Virus record (IMG/VR): IMGVR_UViG_3300046010_012285
Coordinates: 6,598 to 70,597 of that record
Origin: a virus
Lineage: Duplodnaviria; Caudoviricetes
DNA length: 64,000 bases
Direction: 5' to 3' (one strand)
The notes below the pieces were generated by a model. The model searched no databases and was not told the origin of the DNA. It was given only the letters and a program-made list of their open reading frames with translations. The position numbers and the translations under genes were made by a program. Shown here piece after piece: positions 16,804 to 26,200 of this stretch. Numbering within the stretch: position 1 is the stretch's first letter; each line of letters starts with the position of its first letter.

Positions 16804-17286
16804 TTATTTTGGTTTTTCGTAAACCAAAGTTAGGTAAAGGTCATTATCATTAAAAACTTTTTTAAATCCAAAAAGATTTAAAAACCTTATATATGCTTCA
16901 AATTTTTTTCTTTTTTTGTAAACTGGAGCGTAAAAAGTGTCAAAACGCATATCGTTCAGAGTATTGATAAATGTGTCGTACATTGCGCTAGTTTGGATAG
17001 CGTTTGCATCAGCAAAACAATAGAGTAGTTCGGCTGTTTTTGTAGTTTGGGGCTTGATTATAAAAGCTGCCCCAGCCTTATTTTTATGTCTAAAAACGAA
17101 AGAATGCCTAGTGTTTTGCTGCAAAACCTTGCTTATTTGCTCCAAAAATACTGTTGGGGAGCTATGCGGACTTACGCCAAATGAAGATTGCGCCGAAATC
17201 GCTAGTTTTAATATATCAGGAATATCTGTCAAATATAGTCTTGTGACCTCAAAAGAATCTATTTTTATCTTGCTTTTAGGGTCCAT
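16804..17286 (-). CDS. GNAT-fold protein (putative acetyltransferase)
   Basis: Size and strand pattern, AELLYCF strand and C-terminal RFLNLFGFKK resemble GNAT motif B. Confidence 0.45.
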   Translation of the reverse strand: MDPKSKIKIDSFEVTRLYLTDIPDILKLAISAQSSFGVSPHSSPTVFLEQISKVLQQNTRHSFVFRHKNKAGAAFIIKPQTTKTAELLYCFADANAIQTSAMYDTFINTLNDMRFDTFYAPVYKKRKKFEAYIRFLNLFGFKKVFNDNDLYLTLVYEKPK

Positions 17287-17288
17287 CG

Positions 17289-17294
17289 GTGTAA
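17289..17294 (+). promoter_or_regulatory. GTGTAA motif heading the tail-tip operon
   Basis: GGTGTAATATAAT, 22 nt before the gpL ATG. Confidence 0.55.
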
Positions 17295-17316
17295 TATAAT
17301 CTAAAGGTAAAAGGAA

Positions 17317-18807
17317 ATGTCAAGGGAGTCTAGTCAAAAAGTAAATTCTGAGCTATTTTCATTAGAGCCTACCGCTCTTTTGGAATTTTTTGTTATTTAC
17401 TATAACTACGTTGAAAGACCTGATGATAAACTTTACATTCACGGCGGAACTAATGGAATAAATAGTTCCATATATTGGCAAGGCGTTGAATATTTGCCGT
17501 TCCCAATTCAAAGTTCAGAGTTTGAAAGTAAGGGCGATGGCAGTTTGCCAAGGCCCAAATTAGCAGTTTCCAACCAAGATTTTTTTATATCTAATTTAAT
17601 TAGAAGATATAATAATCTTGTAGGCGCCAAAATTGTCAGAAAAAGAACCTTTTTAAAGTTCTTGGACGATGTTAACTTTTCGGAAGGGAAGAATCCATAC
17701 GGATCAGCAGATCCAAATGCTGGTCTAGAAGATCAGGTATTTTTTATTCTGAGAAGAGAAAGCGAAACTAGAGCCTTTGTTAATTTTGAATTAGCCTCTC
17801 CGCTTGAGATCGAAAACGTAACATTCCCTAAAAGAACGGTTATGGCTAGATACTGCTCTTTTCATTACCGAGGCAATGGTTGCAGATATATGGGCGAACC
17901 AGTAGCTGATGAAAATGATAGAAGATTGTCTCTTCCCACTGATTTTACCAAAGGATCATTAATAAGAAGAAAATATACTGGAACAACAATGCCTTCAAGC
18001 AATAGTACTTTTACAAGTGCTATAGCTGCGGCTAATTTTTCTTCTGAGACGCTGGTTACGAGTACTGCTCCAGAAGTTGCCGATAATTATTATTACGAAT
18101 TTTTAGGGTATTTTAAAGCAGACTATGGCGAGGGTGGAACTTACTCTTTTCAAGTTCAAGTTAATGATTGTGTAGAATTGATTATAAATAATACTATTGT
18201 ATGCTCTCGATATTCATCTAACGGTTCAACTATAAATGTCTCTGGAAGCATTACATTGCCAGAAGGCTACCATAGGCTCGTAATAAGGTTTTTTGAAGCT
18301 AACGGAACCGGCGGGGATCAATATTTAACTTTAAGCTATAAAGTTCCAGCTTCTACTTCTTTTGTCTCTGTGCCCTCTACTAGATTTTTTTATGATCAAT
18401 TTGAACTTGGACTCTTAACCTCTACTCAAAGATTTTATACAGCGGTTTCACTTTCTAAATCTATTGCCCTAGACAACTCCACAGTAAAAGGAGAAACATT
18501 TGCTGGCATATGGGAAAATGGTAAAAATTACCGAGTTGGAGACTATGTTTATATAGAAAATTATAATATTAAAGTGTCTAAAAGAGATTGTAATGATTCT
18601 CCTAATTGGCAACCTTTACAAGTCTTTTATTTTTGTATTAAAAACCACGCTTCTTCGATGACAAAATATCCGTCTTTGGACAAAGAGCATTGGGTGGCTG
18701 ATCAATGTTCTAGGACTTTAAGTGGCTGTAAATTAAGATTTGGGAACAAGGGTTATTTGCCATTTGGCGGATTCCCCGGAACTGAAGAATATTCTATTTC
18801 TATATAA
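17317..18807 (+). CDS. minor tail protein L (lambda gpL-like) with inserted PA14 and CBM-like modules
   Basis: WQGVEYLPFPI, GDGSLPRPKL, GAKIVRKRTFLKFLD, YCSFHYRGNGC, DQCSRTLSGCKLRF, LPFGGFPG (four Fe-S-type Cys). Confidence 0.9.
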   Translation: MSRESSQKVNSELFSLEPTALLEFFVIYYNYVERPDDKLYIHGGTNGINSSIYWQGVEYLPFPIQSSEFESKGDGSLPRPKLAVSNQDFFISNLIRRYNNLVGAKIVRKRTFLKFLDDVNFSEGKNPYGSADPNAGLEDQVFFILRRESETRAFVNFELASPLEIENVTFPKRTVMARYCSFHYRGNGCRYMGEPVADENDRRLSLPTDFTKGSLIRRKYTGTTMPSSNSTFTSAIAAANFSSETLVTSTAPEVADNYYYEFLGYFKADYGEGGTYSFQVQVNDCVELIINNTIVCSRYSSNGSTINVSGSITLPEGYHRLVIRFFEANGTGGDQYLTLSYKVPASTSFVSVPSTRFFYDQFELGLLTSTQRFYTAVSLSKSIALDNSTVKGETFAGIWENGKNYRVGDYVYIENYNIKVSKRDCNDSPNWQPLQVFYFCIKNHASSMTKYPSLDKEHWVADQCSRTLSGCKLRFGNKGYLPFGGFPGTEEYSISI

Positions 18808-18808
18808 A

Positions 18809-19171
18809 ATGAAATCAATAGTTGATCATGCTAATACATCAGAGCAAGAAGTCTGTGGATTTATATTAGTTGATGAAGGCAAATTAAAATCGGAACCCGC
18901 TCAGAACATTGCATTTATCAAAGATAATATATTTGAAATTCATCCATTAGAAATTTTAAAAAAAATAAAAAGCGGGAAATTAGCGGCGATATATCACACC
19001 CATCCAGTTTCTGGAGAAGCTGAATCAATGTTTGACAAATTTAACTGCGAAAATTGCTGCATCCCGTTTGTTATTTATAGTAAACAAAATCAAAAGTTTA
19101 ATTTAATTCTGCCTAAAACAGTTCATGTAAATAAAGAATATGTAACTATATTAAAAAATAACTATGACTAG
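18809..19171 (+). CDS. tail assembly protein K-like, JAB/MPN domain only
   Basis: EVCGFI and IYHTHP...S..D; no NlpC/P60 domain; start set at MKSIVD. Confidence 0.8.
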   Translation: MKSIVDHANTSEQEVCGFILVDEGKLKSEPAQNIAFIKDNIFEIHPLEILKKIKSGKLAAIYHTHPVSGEAESMFDKFNCENCCIPFVIYSKQNQKFNLILPKTVHVNKEYVTILKNNYD

Positions 19172-21731
19172 AGTTTATTTATATGGAGAATTGCGAAATA
19201 AATTTGGGTCTGAATTTAAATTTCAAGTAAATTCAACAAAAGAAGTTTTTTTAGCTATAAATTCAAACAGAAAAGGATTTATAGATGAGCTAAAGAAACT
19301 TGCAGTAAAATCTATTCACTATAGAGTAGTCATCGATGACTATATAATTACAGATCTAAAAGAAATAGAAAGTAAAAAAATTCCTAAAGAGGTTCATATT
19401 GTTCCTATTGTATGGGGCGCTGGATTTGTAGAAGGCAGCATAGCAGCAGTAACTGCGTTTTTAGAGTATGTTGGCGTTCAAGCGGCAGTAGCTGGTTATA
19501 TAGCTACCGCTGTTGTATATATCGCTATCGCTGTCGCTATAGCGGGAGCGATGATGTTGCTTTATCCAGAACCTAAGCCAGACTTCGATCAAGAAGTTCA
19601 AGCTGGATCAAAGTCTTATCTTTTCGGCAATAGACCAAATAATAAATCTCAAGGCCAAGCTATTCCTGTTGGATATGGAAGATTAAAAATTGGTGGTTCT
19701 CAAATTAGCATCGGCGCTTCTCACCATCCAATGAATATGGATGTTAAGCAGTTGATGACTCCTGTTGATAAGCCTATTCACGACTATACTTCGCTTGAAT
19801 TTGAAAACGAAGCTCCAGACTCTACTGACGGATTAATTCAAAATTCATTCTCAACAAATCAAGCAGGAGAAATAGATGAGTCAGTATCTTTCGCTTCTGC
19901 TACAATTGTAAATTCATACGTTGATATTGTTTCTAAAAATGCCGTCAAAGTTACCAGCGGTCCAGTTGAAGTAGTCGTAAAAAGAAATGGGGAAGTTGTT
20001 TCTAATATTGATTTGGATACTTATGATGAAGATATTGAATACGAGTGGACTCTGCTTGAAACTGTAGAAAGCAGAAGAAAAGGTGTTATTCCAAAAATAA
20101 AGATCGAAAAGCCTTATGCGTTCCAAAATGGATTGGTTTTTAGAAGTTATCATCCCCCAGATTACAAGTTAACTACAGATTATGAAAATGCAACCAATAC
20201 TGGCGGGGGGTATTTTTTTGAATATTCTTCTGGTGATTTGGTGAAATTTGGCCCAACACAGTTTCAAAAATTACCAATTGGAGATTGGGATTTTTCTACG
20301 AGATATTATAGTGGGCAAATGGTTAGATACACAACAGGAACTCAAACTGATGTTTTCTTCCAAACTCTTGTTACTGGTACAGGCGGGGCAGTTTTAGGTT
20401 TTGATAGCTCAGATACTGGTGTTTCAACCAATCCAACAGGCACTGATGGCCTTATAAGAAGTAGTTTTTGGACAAAAATAACTTCTCCAACAGGAGAGTT
20501 TATATACAAAGCTCTAAGAGATGTTGTAGGGCTATTACCTTCGACCGGCGGGAACATAAGCAAGTTGCCAGATTGGACCGGCTTGTTCGCAGTTACAGGA
20601 AAAATACAGTTTGATGAACTTCTAAGCGGGATGCCGAATTATAAATTTGAAGGAGCCTATGAAGGCAAAATCGAAGCTATGAATGAACAGCGTGCATTCG
20701 GCAGTAATACAAATGCAGATAATTATGTAATGGAGCTAATGGGATATTTATATATTCCAGTAGTAGAGGATTTAAAGAAACAAGTCCCAGACGCGACTCC
20801 TAATGTAATGTATGAAATTCTAAAAGTTGGCGACACTGGTCAATGGAGTGGAATAGGGCTAACTGGCGCAGGAGGCGCGGCCATTCCTCCAAAACGTGGA
20901 ATAACATTTGTAAAAAATTCAACCCAAAGCACTGGAGATGGACTTTGCTATCCTGTCGTAAAATATAAATTTAAAATAGATTCTGATGATGCTGCGGACT
21001 TGTATATCGACGGACAAGTGGCAAGCACTTGGTATGGAGGTCATGGGCTAGTAAGTCCATCAACTCCAGCTGGAATCGAAGCCCTTCCTTCTACAACTAA
21101 CGAACTGCTTCTAACAGCTGGATATCATCATGTTTATGCAAGGCTGCAAGATGGAGTTGGTTCTGATGGAATCAGTTTCTATTACCAATACGACACAAAT
21201 TGGGACGGAGGCTATTCAAATTTTGTTGTTATTCCTCAAGATAGATTAAAATATCGTCAGATATCTGACATTAATTTTCCAGAAAATGAAAAATTTGTGT
21301 CGAGATCTTTTCAAATTCCAGTCTCTAACATGGTAAGCGGTAGGCAATATAAGATACTGAATCTTGGAAACACTACAAACTGGACTAGTATTGGCGCAAG
21401 TTCACCAGTAACTGGCACAATATTCACTAAAACAAATAATACTGCTGCTAATGGTAACGGTTTTGTTTTTGATGATTTGTATAATTATGCCGAATCTAAA
21501 TCTTCAGAAGGAAATAGGGTTGTTCAATTCTCTGCCGAGAGGCCAAAAATAAACGGTGTTTTTAGCAACGGATATTCTTCTTTTTTTGCTAATTATAACT
21601 GTAAAGTAACGTTGGATGGGTTAACTTTAACGACTTCTCCAGTAAGGGTTAAAATTAGGATGTTAGGAACAGATACGTCATTCAGACAATTAACTTCTGC
21701 AAACTTACCACTAGCAAACTATAAAACATAA
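19164..21731 (+). CDS. tail assembly protein I (lambda gpI-like) with long extension containing PA14
   Basis: VYLYGELRNKFG, IHIVPIVWGA, TM-like segment, SYLFG...QGQAIPVGYGRLKIGG; PA14 IDSDDAADLYIDG...TAGYHHV. Confidence 0.85.
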   Translation: MTRVYLYGELRNKFGSEFKFQVNSTKEVFLAINSNRKGFIDELKKLAVKSIHYRVVIDDYIITDLKEIESKKIPKEVHIVPIVWGAGFVEGSIAAVTAFLEYVGVQAAVAGYIATAVVYIAIAVAIAGAMMLLYPEPKPDFDQEVQAGSKSYLFGNRPNNKSQGQAIPVGYGRLKIGGSQISIGASHHPMNMDVKQLMTPVDKPIHDYTSLEFENEAPDSTDGLIQNSFSTNQAGEIDESVSFASATIVNSYVDIVSKNAVKVTSGPVEVVVKRNGEVVSNIDLDTYDEDIEYEWTLLETVESRRKGVIPKIKIEKPYAFQNGLVFRSYHPPDYKLTTDYENATNTGGGYFFEYSSGDLVKFGPTQFQKLPIGDWDFSTRYYSGQMVRYTTGTQTDVFFQTLVTGTGGAVLGFDSSDTGVSTNPTGTDGLIRSSFWTKITSPTGEFIYKALRDVVGLLPSTGGNISKLPDWTGLFAVTGKIQFDELLSGMPNYKFEGAYEGKIEAMNEQRAFGSNTNADNYVMELMGYLYIPVVEDLKKQVPDATPNVMYEILKVGDTGQWSGIGLTGAGGAAIPPKRGITFVKNSTQSTGDGLCYPVVKYKFKIDSDDAADLYIDGQVASTWYGGHGLVSPSTPAGIEALPSTTNELLLTAGYHHVYARLQDGVGSDGISFYYQYDTNWDGGYSNFVVIPQDRLKYRQISDINFPENEKFVSRSFQIPVSNMVSGRQYKILNLGNTTNWTSIGASSPVTGTIFTKTNNTAANGNGFVFDDLYNYAESKSSEGNRVVQFSAERPKINGVFSNGYSSFFANYNCKVTLDGLTLTTSPVRVKIRMLGTDTSFRQLTSANLPLANYKT

Positions 21732-22651
21732 TGAAAATTTTAAATAAATATAGATTTGCAAGAGGGGCTAAGAGCGATCCCCCAACCCCTAGGCTAGTTC
21801 CGCCTCCAAATAATCAAAATCTTTTAAAATCAATATCGGTTTCCAGCAGCGTAGATCTTTTGTGCGAAGGCCCAATATATGGACTTGTTGATCAATTTGG
21901 CAAAAAAGTATATGGATTAGATATGCTAAAGGGCGTTTATTTAAATACAGTACCAGTAATGAACCTTAAAGGAGAATATAATTATAGAAATGTGCTAATG
22001 GAAATAAATTTAGGCACTGAGAATCAAAAACCTTTAGTTAATTTTGATCATGTATATATTCCAAAAGTTGCTAATTTTAAATTAATTGGAGCTATAAATC
22101 CCAGCGAACAAGATATTAGACCTAATGGAAGCGAATTTTCAAATGCAGGAGTAGAAGCTAAAAACTTCAGTGCATGGGCGAGAGGGTCTGATGGCTGGCC
22201 TGATGTGTACCAAGATCCTTTTGTCTTTATTCATCATATTAGAAATAAAGATGTTAAAAAACTAAAAATAGGTTTTGTAATCGAGCAATTGTACGACACC
22301 ATATCAGAAGGCGCAGGAAAAGGAGATGCGGGAAGCATGGGCAATTTCAAAAAGTGTTCAGTAGAGTTTTTAGTAAAGTGGGGGATTGAAGGATCTACTA
22401 TGTTCTCTTCAAGAAGAGTTATTGTTCAAGGAGTTGTAACATCTCCTTATGCTTATATGATCGGAGACGGAGCATCTACGCTAGATTCTTCGGCGGCGAA
22501 TTCTGGCTCTCTTGGTGGGTTAAATCAAGCTTTTGGATCTTCTATAATTAGAACCTCTTCGATACCAGCAAACGATAATTCAAGAAGAATTCCAGCCATA
22601 ACTGATGCTCCTGATCTAAATAGATCAAATCCAACATCGAGATCAATATAA
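21731..22651 (+). CDS. tail tip protein J, N-terminal part
   Basis: DLLCEGPIYGL, VYLNTVPV and NLGTENQKPL match the N-terminus of lambda-type J. Confidence 0.75.
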   Translation: MKILNKYRFARGAKSDPPTPRLVPPPNNQNLLKSISVSSSVDLLCEGPIYGLVDQFGKKVYGLDMLKGVYLNTVPVMNLKGEYNYRNVLMEINLGTENQKPLVNFDHVYIPKVANFKLIGAINPSEQDIRPNGSEFSNAGVEAKNFSAWARGSDGWPDVYQDPFVFIHHIRNKDVKKLKIGFVIEQLYDTISEGAGKGDAGSMGNFKKCSVEFLVKWGIEGSTMFSSRRVIVQGVVTSPYAYMIGDGASTLDSSAANSGSLGGLNQAFGSSIIRTSSIPANDNSRRIPAITDAPDLNRSNPTSRSI

Positions 22652-22658
22652 TATTATT

Positions 22659-23210
22659 ATGCCAATACCGGAGACATACGAGGAATATTTAGCCAAAAAA
22701 ATAAATCGCAGAAATTACTCTGATATTTTATCGATAATTTATTCTTTGAGAAAAAGGCAAGATGCAGAATATATTCCTCCATCTTTTGACAGGATCGTTT
22801 ACGCATCTCTTGCGGTTGGAGAAAATTCAGCGTCTGCTGTATTTAATGTTTTGTCGGGGTCTAGCTTTGCCAGAGGAAGCCAAATAACCCTATCCGGTAC
22901 TGCAACATATAAATTAGTAAACGGCGCTACTCTTTTATCTTTAAACCCAGCGATTAAAGTTACCGCACAAATCGATATTGGAAGAAATGGCCCGCCAGAT
23001 AGTTTACCAGCTTATCAAATTGACTGCAAAGCTTCTGAAATAGACAGTAGCGGTGTTTTTAGCTTTGTAATTCCTTCTACGATAACCTCCAAACTTTCAA
23101 TTGGCAGGCATACTGTTTATATTGACGCCCATTCTCCCAACAATCCACCAGTTCGTTTGACTGCATCTGGTACTTCAGACAACCAAAGAGAGTTTACAAT
23201 TACAGCTTAA
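22659..23210 (+). CDS. Ig-like beta-sandwich tail protein between the two J parts
   Basis: Beta-strand pattern GVFSFVIP...GRHTVYIDA...FTITA. Confidence 0.6.
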   Translation: MPIPETYEEYLAKKINRRNYSDILSIIYSLRKRQDAEYIPPSFDRIVYASLAVGENSASAVFNVLSGSSFARGSQITLSGTATYKLVNGATLLSLNPAIKVTAQIDIGRNGPPDSLPAYQIDCKASEIDSSGVFSFVIPSTITSKLSIGRHTVYIDAHSPNNPPVRLTASGTSDNQREFTITA

Positions 23211-23226
23211 ATTTTAATATAAGTAT

Positions 23227-26200
23227 ATGTCAGACGAAAACGAAGATGATAAATTAGCTTATGGCGAGGGTGAAAGTGATCCCGTCCTTCAAGCTATTAT
23301 TGCCGCTAATAAAGAGGAAATTGTTTTGCCACCAGCAATTGATGGCAAAGATCGATACGTTACGATAACAAAAACCTCTACCGAAACTACTAGTCCTCTT
23401 ATTAAAAGAACTGTTGGCGTAGATACTATTTACGAAATTATTGATAGAAATTTCTCTTACCCTCTAACTGCTCACGTTGGATTGAAATTTGATGCCCGTA
23501 CATTCGCAAATATACCAGATAGAGAATATGATGTAAAAATGAAAAAAGTTAAGGTTCCGTCTAATTATTTTCCATTAGGCGGTAATGGCTTGGATCGTAG
23601 GTATGTTTATTCAAATCCTAATTATCCAGCCAACCCAACTACGCTTGATGTCATATTTATGATTGATCAAAATATGAATTTTGCGATGAGATCTTTAATA
23701 AAGAGAAACTTGCAGCAATTTTTAAGTAAGTTAATATCTGGATATACAAATGTAAGAGCTTCGGTTTGGCAAACTCAAAGTGGGACTAATACCATAGTAA
23801 ATCCATCTACAGAAGAAACTATAAATAATTTTACCTATTTTGATAGTGATTTGTTTTTTGAATTAGAAGTCCCAGATTCTACAGGAGCTAATCAAACAAA
23901 TTTGTATAAAAAACTTATTGATGCTTTGGCAACTACCAGTCAGATATCTCCAGCAATCGATCCTGCTGAAACTTCTATAGCAAATTTCTTTTTAAGAAAA
24001 AGTCAGTTTAGCATAACTGACGAAGTTGGTTCAAAATCAGAAGATTATACCTTAGAAAAGGTATGGAAGAATACGGTAAGAAAAATTATTTATTTTTCTG
24101 GATCTACGCCAGAAGTAATGTCGGCATCGACGTATCAAGTTTTATTAAATCACGCAAGAGAAAACTGTATTCAATTTTACTATTTATATGCTGATGCACA
24201 ATTTTCTGGAACAAGAACTCTTAGAGAGCTTAGTGATGATAGCGGTGGTGGCTCTTTTAATATGCAGCACGACTCTGATATTAAGCTGCAACAATTCTGC
24301 GACAACAATTTTTACGACAGCAATAAAATCTATTACGGTGATTGGGATGGGACTTTTAAAATCGCATGGACGGATAATCCTGCTTGGGTGCTTTATGATA
24401 TTCTTACTGATACTAATTATGGGTTGGGTAATTATATAGATATATACTCAATAGATAAATGGACGCTTTACGATATCGCAAGATATTGCGACGCTGTAGA
24501 CGATAATGGAAAATTTGCAGGCGTACCAGATGGCAAGGGTGGTCTTGAGCCAAGATATACTTGCAATATTATTTTTTATAATAAAGACGAAGCCTTTAAA
24601 GTTGTTCAGGAAATGGCAGCAATTTTTAAAGGAATAATATACTGGAATACTGAAGGTTTTTCGTTTTTTGCTGACAGACCGAAAGATCCAATAATGTACT
24701 TTGGAAATGCTAATGTAAAAGATGGTGTATTTAGTTATAGCGAAGTTGCAAAAAATAAGCGCTATACAAGCGTAGAAGTAGTTTATAATGACAGGTTTGA
24801 TAATTTTAAAGCTAAAATTGAATTGATAGAAGATCAAGACGGCATTAGAAAATACGGTCTAAATCCATTTAGGATTATGGCTGCTGGATGCACTTCAAGA
24901 TCAGAAGCTAGAAGAATTGGCAGATATGTCTTGTGCGGATCAATGTTTGAATCAGATACGGTATCATTTACCGCTGGTCTTGAAGCGGTTTATCTTCAAC
25001 CTGGAGATATTTTTGCAATAAGTGATGAGGTCAGAAACGTTGGTAGAACATTTGGAAGAGTGTTAGAAATAAATAATAACGAAATCAAAATTGATGGAGA
25101 GTTCGTAAATGGACTAGATTCTGGTATTTATCTTCATATTCCATCTGGAAGCTATTCTATTTCTGATTTAAATAATTTTACAGGGTCAGACGGAAATTTT
25201 ACTGGCAAACTTGGACAAATCAGAGCGAGAAGGCAAAATCAAGCAAGAAAGTTTAACATTGCTAATGTACAAGATGAAGATGATAGTTATGGAGCGACGA
25301 TAACGGTAACAGGTGATTTTCTCGCAGTCTCGGCAAAAACAGATATCTATCCAGTTGTTGGAAGAATTTCTGGTGGAGGTGTTATAACTGGAGAGACTGT
25401 ATTAACGGGAATAAATTATATATTTCCAAACCAGACGGTAATAGAAGGAAATCCTAAATGGGACTCAGTATCATTTGAAGATATTTCGGGGGTTTTTTCT
25501 TCTGAAGATATAGACATAACGTTCTCTGGATCGGCTGGATCTGGACAGATAGTTGATTGGGTCCAAAACTGGACGGCAGATATTGAATTTGCTTCTTCCT
25601 CAAATAGTTCTTTAAAGATAAATAATTCTTTAGTTGGAGTTTCAAGCTCTAATGAGATTAGAATGTTTAGACTCTCTTCAGCTGGACAAGTTGAAGCCTC
25701 GGGAACTCTTTCAAACTTAAATGAATTTTGGACAAGCTCTGTTCATACAGACGCTGATGCGGGAGATGCGCTTATCGTATATACAAAAGGAAATCAAATT
25801 AGTAATACTTTTTCTCCAAACAGCATTTGGTCTACAGGGGCAGCTGCAACAGAGATATATCAAATAGGAGATGATATTTCAGCGTCTTCTTCAAGTTTTG
25901 GATATGCGGCGGCTTTTATAAAAGGAGGCTACCGAATTGTAGAAAGAGCTTCAAAGGGATTATCTGAAAGTGGTAAAATTAAATTTACATATAGAGATTT
26001 ATTAGCTTATTCAAAACTAAGACCGTTTTATACTATCGTGCAGGCTGACGTTGGAAACAGACAGCCTTCTGTTTTTGATGAGTGGCAGGCGTCTAGATAT
26101 TACAAAGCAGGAAACAAAATAAAAGTAACAACAAATGGAGTTTCTGTACCATATGTGTGTGTCAGAACGCATGAACAATCTTCTACAGGTTTCGCCGCAG

